The notes under the pieces were generated by a model that saw only the letters and a list, made by a program, of their open reading frames with translations, made no database searches and had not been told where the DNA came from. Positions 1 to 9,213 of a stretch of 59,464 nt of DNA are shown here, in pieces. The stretch's first letter is position 1, and the number at the start of each line of letters is the position of its first letter. A program made the translations under genes and the position numbers. The DNA is from Pirellulales bacterium (lineage in GTDB: Bacteria > Planctomycetota > Planctomycetia > Pirellulales > PALSA-1355): the NCBI GenBank assembly GCA_035496575.1, contig DATJEN010000073.1:1-59464 (forward strand). Direction: 5' to 3'.

Positions 1-668
1 GCTTCGGCGAGCTGCTCAGAGAGGCTCGGCTTCAGATCGTATTGCGAGCGCAGCGTGTCGCGCAGCTCGATCAGCCGTTGCACGAGCTCGTCGTCTTCGA
101 ACTGCTCTTCAGCGTCGTACTGAATGAAAAGATCGCGGAAGCTCTGCAGACCGCGGTTGAGCTCGACAAGCGATTCTTCAGGTCCCATCTCTTCCAAGGT
201 CGCCAGCGATACGGCCTGGGTGCGATGGAACAGGACGAACGGGCGATATTGCTCGTGAGAAAGAGTCCACTCTTCGTCGGGCGAATGGTCACGCACGAAG
301 TCCATGAACGCCAGCGTGTGGTCGGCATCATTTGCCGCGCGACGAAACTCGCGCAAGGCCAGCCAGCACACCCGGCGATGATAAAACTGCATGAACTCGC
401 GGTCGGCTTCAGCACATTGCTCGCTGGTGAGCTCGAAGGGCTCGCGCGATTTGGCCGCGATTCGCTGCAAATAATCGAAGTACGTCTTCGATCCGCTGGG
501 ACGAGTGCCATCCGGCCGGCCATCGGTCTCGAGCTGCAGCAGGCCCATTTCGACCCGCATTTGCACGACTTCGCGGCCATCGGCCGCCCGCACGAGCCGA
601 GCGCTAATTTCGCCCGGCTGATAAGGCCACTCTTGCAAGACTCGGTCGATGTCGTGACGCCTGGCCAT
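1..668 (-). CDS. conserved hypothetical protein, C-terminus cut by the left window edge (absent from ORF track)
   Basis: The minus-strand frame is open from the ATG (cat at 666-668) to position 1. Translation MARRHDIDRVLQEWPYQPGEISARLVRAADGREVVQMRVEMGLLQLETDGRPDG...EQFEDDELVQRLIELRDTLRSQYDL has normal composition. The listed ORFs 42..1100(+) and 71..580(-) look like R/S/A-rich shadow frames. Confidence 0.6.
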   Translation of the reverse strand, partial: MARRHDIDRVLQEWPYQPGEISARLVRAADGREVVQMRVEMGLLQLETDGRPDGTRPSGSKTYFDYLQRIAAKSREPFELTSEQCAEADREFMQFYHRRVCWLALREFRRAANDADHTLAFMDFVRDHSPDEEWTLSHEQYRPFVLFHRTQAVSLATLEEMGPEESLVELNRGLQSFRDLFIQYDAEEQFEDDELVQRLIELRDTLRSQYDLKPSLSEQLAE

Positions 669-713
669 CGCTCGTTTTACTGGATCTCCAACCGAAAGCC
701 CCTTAACACCAAC

Positions 714-719
714 ATTATA
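714..719 (-). promoter_or_regulatory. -10-like TATAAT (minus strand) about 45 nt upstream of the ATG at 668
   Basis: Plus-strand attata at 714-719 is TATAAT on the minus strand. No canonical -35 sits at 17 nt (a TTGACC lies only 8 nt away). Confidence 0.25.
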
Positions 720-817
720 GTAGCGGGGGTCAATACGGGCCACTGGCGGGCTCAGTCGCTCGGCGCTGCCGGCGCGACACTTGGTCGCGTGGCCCGGCAA
801 TTTTTAGCGCGAGCGGT

Positions 818-1357
818 TCACTCGCTCCGTCGCTCCTTGCTGAAAAACGCTGCTGGAAGAAGCCGAGTCGGGAATTTCGCATCCGTGCCGCCCGCGATCG
901 CCTCATCGCCCGCGCGCACGCCCGTGGGCTTTTGCCGCTCGGCCGGAGAACCCTCGGAATCTTTCAGCACCATCGCCGAGCCGTCCGACTGTTCGACCTT
1001 CGCGCAGCAATCCGGGCACAGGTTCTCCACGACCCATTTCACGGTACACACTTCCGTGGTGTTGTCTTTCTTGATGAGCTTTTTCCGCGTGCGAATGTGA
1101 GCGCAGGTTGGCGTATACACCCATTTCTTATGCCCGCATTCATCGCACTCCTTCGTGCGACAGCTCTTGCCGGGCACGCAGAAATCTTCGCACTCGCATT
1201 CATATTCGGTCTTGGTGACTTTTTTCTTGCTGGGGACGCACCGGCAGACCTTGCAGCAAGAAGCCTGGCAACCGCAATCATCGCAATGGCAGAAAATGCC
1301 GGCTCGACTGATAGTGGCTGTCAGCAGAAACAGGACCAGACACAGAAAGGTCTTCAT
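818..1357 (-). CDS. secreted cysteine-rich protein (19 Cys after the signal peptide), unknown function
   Basis: I trimmed the track ORF 818..1492 to the internal ATG at 1357, which gives the signal peptide MKTFLCLVLFLLTATISRAG. The mature part is CHCDDCGCQASCCKVCRCVP...ECECEDFCVPGKSCRTKECDECGH...LCPDCC. Confidence 0.7.
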   Translation of the reverse strand: MKTFLCLVLFLLTATISRAGIFCHCDDCGCQASCCKVCRCVPSKKKVTKTEYECECEDFCVPGKSCRTKECDECGHKKWVYTPTCAHIRTRKKLIKKDNTTEVCTVKWVVENLCPDCCAKVEQSDGSAMVLKDSEGSPAERQKPTGVRAGDEAIAGGTDAKFPTRLLPAAFFSKERRSE

Positions 1358-1583
1358 GACGTGGTTCCTAGGCGGGAAGTGATGAAGGGCGGGAAATGCG
1401 GGCGCCGGACCAGCGCGCCCAATCGCCACGTGTGGAATAATCATCGGACGCGGCACAACTCGGACTCTTTCGAAGACCGGCCCCGCCCGCAAGCTTTACC
1501 CCGGCGGGCCCACAAGAGTCTGCCCAGCCGCCAAAGTTTGCCACGATTGGCTGCGGGTGCATGCACCCACGGGAACGAACCTC

Positions 1584-1589
1584 TATAAT
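1584..1589 (+). promoter_or_regulatory. -10-like TATAAT upstream of the acyl-CoA dehydrogenase gene
   Basis: ctcTATAATtcgg lies 66 nt before the ATG at 1656 in the divergent intergenic region. No clear -35. Confidence 0.25.
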
Positions 1590-1655
1590 TCGGGGCATCC
1601 TTTGGTCACTCAAAATCGCTCGCCACCCGGCGAGCCGTCCGGCGGGAACAAAACC

Positions 1656-3434
1656 ATGAAAATGGACCACGAACAACAGATGGCCCAAGCTGAGGAAGTG
1701 CTGGGCGAATCGATCAACGAGGTCGGCTTTGCCAAAGGGCTATTCTTCGGCGAATACTTCGATCACAAGCTGCTCCCCTACCCCGATCTCAAGCGCGACC
1801 CGCGCGTCGAGGGCATGGTTGCGCGGCTACGTGAGTTCTGCCGCGACGAAATCGATGCCGCCGCGATCGACCGCGATGCCGAGATTCCCAAGCGCGTAAT
1901 CGATGGCTTGGGCCGCCTGGGCTTGTTGGGCGCGTGCGTGCCGCAAGAGTACGGCGGGGGCGGGTTCAGCCAGATTTCCTACTGCCAAATGATCGAAGTG
2001 TTGGGCGGCCATTGCGGCAGCACGGCCTTGTTCGTGAACGCGCACCACTCAATTGGCCCGCGCGCGCTGGTGCTGTTCGGCACTCCCGCGCAGCAGGCCT
2101 ATTCGCTGCCGAAGATGGCCACCGGCGAGTGGCTCAGCGCCTTCGCTCTCACCGAGCCTGAGGCCGGCAGCGATGCCGCCAACGTGCAAACAACCGCCAC
2201 CCCGACGCCAGACGGCAAGGCCTATGTGCTCAATGGCCAAAAGCGCTGGATCACCAACGGTGGAATCGCGCACGGCTTGACCGTCATGGCGCGCACGCCC
2301 GTGCCGGGCAGCAAGGAAACCAAGATCACCGCCTTTTTGGTGACGCCCGACATGCCCGGCTTTGAAGTTGTCGAGAAACGGATGCCCAAATGTGGCGTTC
2401 GCGGCACGGCGACGTCGCGGCTGGCGTTCCACGACATGGTGGTGCCGAAGGAAAACGTTCTAGGCCAGCTCGGTAAAGGGTTGCGGATCGCGCTCACGGT
2501 GCTCGACTTTGGCCGCACGACCTTCGGCGCAAGCTGCACCGGCGCGGCCAAGTTCTGCGTCGAACGCGCCACGGCCCACGCGCTCAAGCGAGTTCAGTTC
2601 GGCCAGCCGCTGGCGAATTTCGAGCTGGTCAAGGAAAAGCTCGCCTATATGCAGGCCCAGGCCTACGCCATGGAGGCGGCCACCTACGAGACCGCCGCGC
2701 TGATCGACTCGGGCGAAGGCGACTTCATGCTCGAGACCGCGATGCTCAAGGTGTTTTCGACGGACGCTCTGTGGCGAATCATCAACGACACGATCCAGAT
2801 CTTCGGCGGCAAGGCGTACTTCTCGGACGAGCCCTATGAACGCATGATGCGCGATGCGCGCATCAACATGATTGGCGAAGGCGCCAATGACGTGCTGCGC
2901 GTTTTCACGGCGCTGGTGGGCATGCGCGACGTTGGCTTGCGGCTCAAGGGCGTTCTGGATGCCGCCAAAAGCCCGCTGCGCAACTTTGGAAAACTCAGCG
3001 AGTTTGCCGGGCGCAAGATCGAGGCCTTTTTCAGCTCGCCATCGGTGGACGTCCATCACACGGAACTAGAGAACGACGCCATGCGGCTGGGCCGCTGCGT
3101 GGGCGCGTTCGGCACCGAGGTCGAAGGCGTGCTAAGACACTATCGCGAGAGCGTGTTCGATCGCCAGTTTGCGTTGGCGCGAATCGCCGATGCCGCCAAC
3201 GAGCTGTACGTGAGCGCGTGCGTGATGCGCCGGCTCGACAAAATGCTAGGCGACGGGCCGCTGGACTCCGCGCGCAAGCTGGAGCTGGAAACCGGGCGCT
3301 ACTACCTATGCACCGCTGAGCGCCGCATTCACCGCCACCTGGAAGACCTGTGGATCAACGATGACGAGGGGGCGGTGCGGCTGGCGGATATGCTGCTGGC
3401 AAAACATCGCACGGACGGTCCCCAGCACCGCTAA
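1656..3434 (+). CDS. acyl-CoA dehydrogenase family protein (long, VLCAD/ACAD9-like architecture)
   Basis: About 592 aa from the ATG at 1656 (MKMDHEQQ). ACAD-like blocks include FALTEPEAGSDA, WITNGGIA and IQIFGGKAYFSDEPYERMMRDARINMIGEGANDVLR, followed by a C-terminal extension. Confidence 0.9.
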   Translation: MKMDHEQQMAQAEEVLGESINEVGFAKGLFFGEYFDHKLLPYPDLKRDPRVEGMVARLREFCRDEIDAAAIDRDAEIPKRVIDGLGRLGLLGACVPQEYGGGGFSQISYCQMIEVLGGHCGSTALFVNAHHSIGPRALVLFGTPAQQAYSLPKMATGEWLSAFALTEPEAGSDAANVQTTATPTPDGKAYVLNGQKRWITNGGIAHGLTVMARTPVPGSKETKITAFLVTPDMPGFEVVEKRMPKCGVRGTATSRLAFHDMVVPKENVLGQLGKGLRIALTVLDFGRTTFGASCTGAAKFCVERATAHALKRVQFGQPLANFELVKEKLAYMQAQAYAMEAATYETAALIDSGEGDFMLETAMLKVFSTDALWRIINDTIQIFGGKAYFSDEPYERMMRDARINMIGEGANDVLRVFTALVGMRDVGLRLKGVLDAAKSPLRNFGKLSEFAGRKIEAFFSSPSVDVHHTELENDAMRLGRCVGAFGTEVEGVLRHYRESVFDRQFALARIADAANELYVSACVMRRLDKMLGDGPLDSARKLELETGRYYLCTAERRIHRHLEDLWINDDEGAVRLADMLLAKHRTDGPQHR

Positions 3435-3444
3435 GCGAGGCGAT

Positions 3445-3864
3445 TCACTCGCGCTCGACCGCGCGGCGCAGCCGTTTCTTCTTGCCTAGCGCTTGCTTCG
3501 TTTCGATGCGGCGAGCCACGGCGGCCTTGGTTGGCCGGGTCGCTCGGCGCTGCCGCGGCCTTTGTGCAACCGCCGCCAGCATGACGCGCAACTTCTCCAG
3601 CACGTCGTTGACGTTGCGGCCCTGGTCGCGAAACCTCTGGCTGCTCAACAGCAAGTCGCCTTCGCTCGTCAGCCTGGTTGCATAGCGCGTGACAAAGCGA
3701 TCGAGCACATCCGCGGGCAGCCCGACGCTCTGGCTCGGCCTCCAGCGCAGCACGGCTTTGCTGTTGACTTTGTTGACGTTCTGCCCGCCCGGACCGGAGC
3801 TGCGCGCGAAGCTCCACTCGAATTCGGAATCTGGGATCTGGATTTTCGCGTTCACGGTCAACAT
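3445..3864 (-). CDS. arfB: alternative ribosome-rescue factor / peptidyl-tRNA hydrolase ArfB
   Basis: 139 aa with the GGQ motif (SSGPGGQNVNKVNSKAVL) and a basic C-terminal tail (KKKRLRRAVERE), the YaeJ/ArfB architecture. Confidence 0.9.
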   Translation of the reverse strand: MLTVNAKIQIPDSEFEWSFARSSGPGGQNVNKVNSKAVLRWRPSQSVGLPADVLDRFVTRYATRLTSEGDLLLSSQRFRDQGRNVNDVLEKLRVMLAAVAQRPRQRRATRPTKAAVARRIETKQALGKKKRLRRAVERE

Positions 3865-3982
3865 GGCGGTATTGCCGGTGTCCTTTGCTCAAGCGGCGCG
3901 TCGTGACGCCTGACGAGCGAGCGTCTGATGAAGTATAGTAGGCAAACTCTGCTGAAAGCAGGCCGAAGGAGCCCGGACGAGC

Positions 3983-5398
3983 ATGCGAGTGGTCGGGGTT
4001 TTGTTGCTGTGCTGCCTTGGTTGCACGCTCGCCGCTTGCGCGCAAACTGGCCGAGAGACGGCTGAAGTTCGCACGGCCGATCGCGAACAGACTGGCACCG
4101 ATTGGCCGCGATTCCTGGGTCCGACCGGCGACAGCAAGTCGAGCGAGCGCGGCATTCTCACGCGCTGGCCGGCCGAAGGCCCAACGGTCGTGTGGCAACT
4201 GGCCTTGGGTACCGGCTATTGCATGCCGACGATTTCCAACGGGCGGCTACTTCAATTCGATCGGGCGGGCGACCGCGCTCGCCTGCGATGCCTCGATCCG
4301 GCGTCCGCGAAGCTGATTTGGACGTTCGACTACGAAAGTGATTTTGAAGATCTGTACGGCTACGACAATGGCCCACGTTGCTCGCCCGTTTGCGACGACG
4401 ATCGGGTTTATATCTTTGGCGCGGAAGGAATGTTGCACTGCCTGAGCGCGGCCGATGGGAAGGTCATCTGGAAGATCGACACGGCCGACGAATTCGGCGT
4501 GATCCAGAATTTTTTCGGGGTGGGGAGCACGCCTGTCATCGAGGGCGATCTGCTGATCGCGCACATCGGCGGCAGTCCGCCGGAAAGTCGTCGAGCGCCG
4601 CCGGGCCGCTTGGACCTGGTGGCTGGGAACGGCACCGGCATCGTGGCGTTCGACAAGCGCTCGGGGCAAGTGAAATACAAGCTCACCGACGAACTGGCCA
4701 GCTACGCGAGTCCCACGCTCGCCACGATTGATGGCCGGCGCTGGTGTTTTGTGTTCGCGCGCGGCGGCCTGGTCGGTTTTGAGCCCACGACTGGAAAGCT
4801 CGATTTTCAGTTTCCGTGGCGCGCCCCGATTCTCGAAAGCGTCAACGCCAGCAACCCCGTCGTGGTCGACGACGTGGTTTTGATTTCCGAAACCTACGGG
4901 CCCGGCGCTGCCCTGCTGCGCGTAAAGCCCGGCGAAGCGCGCGTGGTCTGGTCCGACCGCGAACGCCGCCGCGATAAGTCGTTGCAAACGCACTGGAACA
5001 CGCCGGTGCATCACGAAGGTTACCTCTACGGATCGAGTGGACGTCACACGGAGAATGCCGAGCTGCGCTGCGTTGAGCTGGCGACGGGCCGCGTTGCCTG
5101 GAGCCAAGAAGGCCTGACGCGCTGCTCGTTGCTCTATGCCGACGGCCACTTCGTTTGCCTGGGCGAAAATGGCGTGCTGCGGCTTATCAAGGCGAACCCC
5201 AAGAAGTACGATCCTGTCGCCGAAGTGGTTCTGGTCGACAAAGCCGCGGGTGACAATCCGTTCGGCTTTCGAGCTTCGCGCATGCTCAAGTATCCCGCGT
5301 GGGCAGCTCCGCTACTGTCCCATGGATTGTTGTACGTGCGCGGAGCCGATCGGTTGGTTTGCCTGGTGCTGATTCCCCGCGGCCGACCCGACAAGTAG
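3983..5398 (+). CDS. PQQ-like beta-propeller repeat protein (BamB-like fold), probable lipoprotein
   Basis: Signal/lipobox MRVVGVLLLCCLGCTLAAC, then repeated propeller blades (DRVYIFGAEGMLHCLSAADGKVIWK..., GLLYVRGADRLVCL). GAAGGAG sits upstream of the ATG. Confidence 0.8.
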   Translation: MRVVGVLLLCCLGCTLAACAQTGRETAEVRTADREQTGTDWPRFLGPTGDSKSSERGILTRWPAEGPTVVWQLALGTGYCMPTISNGRLLQFDRAGDRARLRCLDPASAKLIWTFDYESDFEDLYGYDNGPRCSPVCDDDRVYIFGAEGMLHCLSAADGKVIWKIDTADEFGVIQNFFGVGSTPVIEGDLLIAHIGGSPPESRRAPPGRLDLVAGNGTGIVAFDKRSGQVKYKLTDELASYASPTLATIDGRRWCFVFARGGLVGFEPTTGKLDFQFPWRAPILESVNASNPVVVDDVVLISETYGPGAALLRVKPGEARVVWSDRERRRDKSLQTHWNTPVHHEGYLYGSSGRHTENAELRCVELATGRVAWSQEGLTRCSLLYADGHFVCLGENGVLRLIKANPKKYDPVAEVVLVDKAAGDNPFGFRASRMLKYPAWAAPLLSHGLLYVRGADRLVCLVLIPRGRPDK

Positions 5399-5474
5399 TG
5401 GGGTCATGAGCGACGGTTGCAATTGACGCGGTCTTGGATGCATTGAAGCCGAATGGGCAGAGGTACAGTAGCAA

Positions 5475-6875
5475 GTGATGGTTGACACGCAGAATTACGA
5501 CTTCGTGGTGATTGGAACCGGCCCCGGTGGCGAAGGCGCGGCGATGCGCGCTGCCAAGGCCGGCAAGAAGGTGGCTGCGATCGAACGGTTCACGCAAGTT
5601 GGGGGTGGTTGCACGCACTGGGCCACCATTCCCAGCAAAGCCCTGCGGCAAGCCATCTATCACATGAACTTGTGCAACAACAGTCCCATCTACAAACGGA
5701 TGGACCTGCAGCCCAAGTTTTGCTTTCCCGATTTGTTGGCTACCGCCAACGCCGTCATCGCCAAACAAGTCGATCTGCGCGAAGGCTTTTACGATCGAAA
5801 CGACGTCACGCTCGTCGCTGGGACGGCGCGTTTTGTCGATCCACACACGATCGAGATCGAGAATGCCGGCATGACGACACAGCGCATTTCAGCGACGGCA
5901 TTCGTGATCGCCACCGGGTCACGCCCGTTCCGTCCTAAGGATGTCGATTTCTCGCACCCGCGCATCTTCGATAGCGACACGCTTTTGACCTTGGACTGGA
6001 CGCCCGCCAGCATCACGGTTTATGGGGCCGGCGTCGTGGGTTGCGAGTATGCCTCGATGTGGCGAAACATGCAGTCCCGCGTGCAACTGATTAACACGCG
6101 CGACAAGCTACTGGCATTTTTGGATGACGAGATCATCGACGCGCTCAGCTACCACTTGCAGGAGTGCGGCGTCCGCATTTTGCAAAATGAAGAGTACGAG
6201 CGCGTCGAGGGCACCGACAATGGAGTGATCTTGTACCTGAAGAGTGGCAAGAAGGTTCGCTCCGACGTGTTGCTGTGGGCCAACGGCCGTTCGGGCAACA
6301 CCGAAGGCTTGGGACTGGAACAGGTCGGCATCACGCCCAATTATCGCGGGCAGATCGACATCAACGAACATTATCAGACCGCCCAGCCGCATATCTACGC
6401 CGTGGGCGACGTGGTCGGCTATCCCTCGCTGGCTAGCGCCTCGTACGATCAGGGACGCTTCGCGGCCGGCCACTTTTGCGGCGACCCCAACCATCGCCTC
6501 GTCCAGAACATCCCGACCGGCATTTATACCAGCCCGGAAATCTCTTCCATCGGAAAGACCGAGCGCCAGCTAACCGACGAAAAGGTGCCTTACGAAACCG
6601 GCAAGGCCATGTTCAAACACCTCGCCCGCGCGCAGATCACCGGCCAGGATGTGGGCATGCTCAAGCTGTTGTTTCACCGCGAAACGTTGGCGCTGCTGGG
6701 CATCCATTGCTTCGGCCAAAACGCGGCGGAGATCATTCACATTGGGCAGGCGATCATGTCGCAGTCCGGCGAAGCCAACACACTGCGATATTTCGTGAAC
6801 ACGACGTTCAACTATCCCACCATGGCCGAAGCGTATCGCGTGGCGGCTCTGAATGGGCTTAACCGGGTGTTCTGA
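5475..6875 (+). CDS. sthA: Si-specific NAD(P)+ transhydrogenase (soluble pyridine nucleotide transhydrogenase)
   Basis: Resembles E. coli SthA along its whole length: [64 protein letters not shown]. The start is the GTG at 5475 or, more likely, the ATG at 5478. Confidence 0.93.
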   Translation: MMVDTQNYDFVVIGTGPGGEGAAMRAAKAGKKVAAIERFTQVGGGCTHWATIPSKALRQAIYHMNLCNNSPIYKRMDLQPKFCFPDLLATANAVIAKQVDLREGFYDRNDVTLVAGTARFVDPHTIEIENAGMTTQRISATAFVIATGSRPFRPKDVDFSHPRIFDSDTLLTLDWTPASITVYGAGVVGCEYASMWRNMQSRVQLINTRDKLLAFLDDEIIDALSYHLQECGVRILQNEEYERVEGTDNGVILYLKSGKKVRSDVLLWANGRSGNTEGLGLEQVGITPNYRGQIDINEHYQTAQPHIYAVGDVVGYPSLASASYDQGRFAAGHFCGDPNHRLVQNIPTGIYTSPEISSIGKTERQLTDEKVPYETGKAMFKHLARAQITGQDVGMLKLLFHRETLALLGIHCFGQNAAEIIHIGQAIMSQSGEANTLRYFVNTTFNYPTMAEAYRVAALNGLNRVF

Positions 6876-6894
6876 GCGCTTCGATGGCGCTCGG
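6872..6894. terminator. hairpin in the 47-nt gap between convergent sthA and the sugar isomerase gene
   Basis: GAGCGC (6874-6879) pairs with GCGCTC (6887-6892) over a 7-nt loop, extendable to 8 bp. There is no U-run, so function is uncertain. Confidence 0.25.
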
Positions 6895-6922
6895 TATCGG
6901 CCAGGCTAAATTGTCGGCCGGG

Positions 6923-7729
6923 CTAATTGGCGACCCAGCAATCGAACGCCTGCTTGGACGTTTCGAGCAGTTGCTGATAGTCGCGGATCTCGATCTCCTC
7001 GCCCAACAGCTCCACGTCGAAGTAGCCCTGGTAGCCTGACTGGCGAAAGGCCTTGACCATGCAGGACAGCGGCAGAGCCCCTTCGCCCAGGCAACGGCGG
7101 TTCTGTTCGCGCTCTGGCGGGCATTTTCCATCGCCCAGGTGCACGATGGCCACATGCCGCGCGATTCGAGGAATCTGGGCCAGCACGCTGGCATCGTGGC
7201 CAAGGTGATAGGTGTCGAACGCCAGCTTGAAGTATGGGCTGTCCACCTGGTGGACCAGCGCCGTGCCGTCTTCCAGGCTGGTCACAAAGGTCCAATCCTC
7301 GGCGCAGCCCTCGTGCATGGGTTCCACCGCTAGCACGACCCGCAAGGCCTCGGCCAATGGGAGCAGCTCTTGGATGGCGCTCAGAAACAGCCGCCGGGCG
7401 TGATTCTGCGTGTGGCCATTACGGGCACCGCTGTAGATCACGAGGCATCCAGCCTTCAGCTTTGCGGCCAAATGCAGGGCTTCCGTCGCGTCCAGCAGGC
7501 TCTCCGAATAGGTATGGCCGTCGCTGCCGGTGAACCCGCCGGCCCACAGCAGATTCGAGACGGCCAGGCCACTATCGGCCAGGAGCTCGATTCCTTTTTC
7601 CTCGCCGAAGTCCGCGAGCTTTTGCCGCCACACGCCCATGGCTTCGATGCCAGCGGCTTTATAGTGCGCCACGTCCTCGGGAAACGACCAACGATAGGTC
7701 GTCATTTCGTTGACTGACAGCCCCGCCAT
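6923..7729 (-). CDS. sugar phosphate isomerase/epimerase (xylose isomerase-like TIM barrel)
   Basis: 268 aa with family-typical blocks: AAGIEAMGVW, LVIYSGA, LAVEPMHEG, FDTYHLGHD. Confidence 0.8.
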   Translation of the reverse strand: MAGLSVNEMTTYRWSFPEDVAHYKAAGIEAMGVWRQKLADFGEEKGIELLADSGLAVSNLLWAGGFTGSDGHTYSESLLDATEALHLAAKLKAGCLVIYSGARNGHTQNHARRLFLSAIQELLPLAEALRVVLAVEPMHEGCAEDWTFVTSLEDGTALVHQVDSPYFKLAFDTYHLGHDASVLAQIPRIARHVAIVHLGDGKCPPEREQNRRCLGEGALPLSCMVKAFRQSGYQGYFDVELLGEEIEIRDYQQLLETSKQAFDCWVAN

Positions 7730-7946
7730 GCATTGCCCCGCTGAAATGCGTCACTCTCCAGGTCAAGCGTGCGGTTCGGACGCTTTTCGCGGCTGGCTAG
7801 TATGCAGCGTTGAGGCCGATGTGTAAAGCGATGAAGGTCTAAGTGCATGGCCCATCGCAATGAAGGTCATGCCCACGCCTGATGGCGCGCTGCTCGAGAT
7901 CAAGACAGGGCGGAAGAACCCGTCGCCCGCTGAGCAAGCGAGGTGC

Positions 7947-8858
7947 TTAGCGAGCAGGTTTCGACAAGCGCCAGGCCACGATCCACTGCTGGCCATCGCG
8001 CCGCATGCGATAGTTGGAGACGAGCCGCTTCTCCATGTCACGCATGTGACCACCGCCATAGAAAATGGCGAGCTTCTTTTTGCCTGCGGCGACTTGCTCG
8101 TCAAACTTTTTGAGCGCGACTTTGTTGCGCTCGCTCAGAATCGTCGAGCCCTGCGGGCCATCCAGCGCGTCCATGGCCCACTGCATGCCTTCGAACTGTT
8201 CGGCCATGATTCGCTTGAGCGCGCCGGCACGATCGCGATCGAACAGGGCCGCAAACAGGTCAAATTCGCTCGACTTCCCGTTTTGCTGCGATTGTTGCGC
8301 CATGGCCTGCCCCATCAGCCGGGCAAACATGGTAAAGAAGCTCTCGCCGCGATCGCTCATGGACTTCGCGAAATCGTCCGGCGACATGTCGGCATGCACC
8401 ATGTTCGCCTTGGTGTAATCGATGTGTTGTAACTGATGCTCCAACCCCAGCATGTCTTTCAAGCCGTTCTGGAGCATGGCCACGGGGTGACCACCCGGCT
8501 TGGAGCCCTTGGGCAGCCGCGTTCCAGGAGGCGCGACCAACTCATACAGCACCGCGTCGTAGCCCTCGAACAGCTTGTTGAGGGTCTCGTAGTAGTCCTT
8601 CTCGCCCACGTGCACGGCCGCGATCAGGTCAACCGACAGGCCCTTGTGGGCCGGATCGTCCGACACCAGGTGCACCACCGCGGTTTCCAAGGCCCGTGGC
8701 TGGCCGGACCCCTCGCGATCGAGCCGCAGGTAATCGCTCGCCGCCGGGGCGTCCTTTGCAGGAGCCTTGACCGTGTCCGCGGCGTGGGCCGTCGCAAGCG
8801 CCAGTAGCATTGCCAGCAGTGAGTTGAGCGCCAGGCGGACGCGGAAACTGAGCATCAT
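7947..8858 (-). CDS. secreted TraB/GumN-family-like protein
   Basis: Trimmed to ATG 8858 (signal peptide MMLSFRVRLALNSLLAMLLALATAHA; GAGGA SD upstream). The LIAAVHVGEKDYY and LAIFYGGGHM blocks resemble the TraB/GumN fold. Assignment is tentative. Confidence 0.5.
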   Translation of the reverse strand: MMLSFRVRLALNSLLAMLLALATAHAADTVKAPAKDAPAASDYLRLDREGSGQPRALETAVVHLVSDDPAHKGLSVDLIAAVHVGEKDYYETLNKLFEGYDAVLYELVAPPGTRLPKGSKPGGHPVAMLQNGLKDMLGLEHQLQHIDYTKANMVHADMSPDDFAKSMSDRGESFFTMFARLMGQAMAQQSQQNGKSSEFDLFAALFDRDRAGALKRIMAEQFEGMQWAMDALDGPQGSTILSERNKVALKKFDEQVAAGKKKLAIFYGGGHMRDMEKRLVSNYRMRRDGQQWIVAWRLSKPAR

Positions 8859-9213
8859 GGCAGAATCCTCAGGAAGAAATGGGCTCGCTCGTTCATCAGT
8901 ATAGGCGTGCCCGGGCAAGCGAACAAATTGAGCGAGTCAGCATGCCAGCGGGCCTGGTGCCTGCGGTGCTGGCCCGGGCGCGCGAAGCGGAAGCCGCATG
9001 CGGCGGGCACCTAAAGCTTCTGCAAGGGCACGTTTGACGACCCAGATTGCCGCGTCCGCCGACCCTCACACGGAACAGTCACCTTTTTCGGAAGAGCTTG
9101 CCTTTCCTGCTTAATTCCCGTGACAGGCGCGACCGATATTACCGTCACGCCCAAGCGCGGCGTCCTTTGGCGGGACAGACTGCGCGGAACAGAACAGCGC
9201 GAGCCCAAGCGGG

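Noticed and set aside
8859-9213. 355-nt intergenic region upstream of the BBP7-like gene, examined for a riboswitch, sRNA or small ORF. It contains the CCGCATGCGG palindrome at 8993-9002 and a GCTCGCTC/GAGCGAGTC inverted repeat
   Set aside because: I saw no recognisable riboswitch core, no terminator and no plausible small ORF. The structures are short and could arise by chance in GC-rich DNA.
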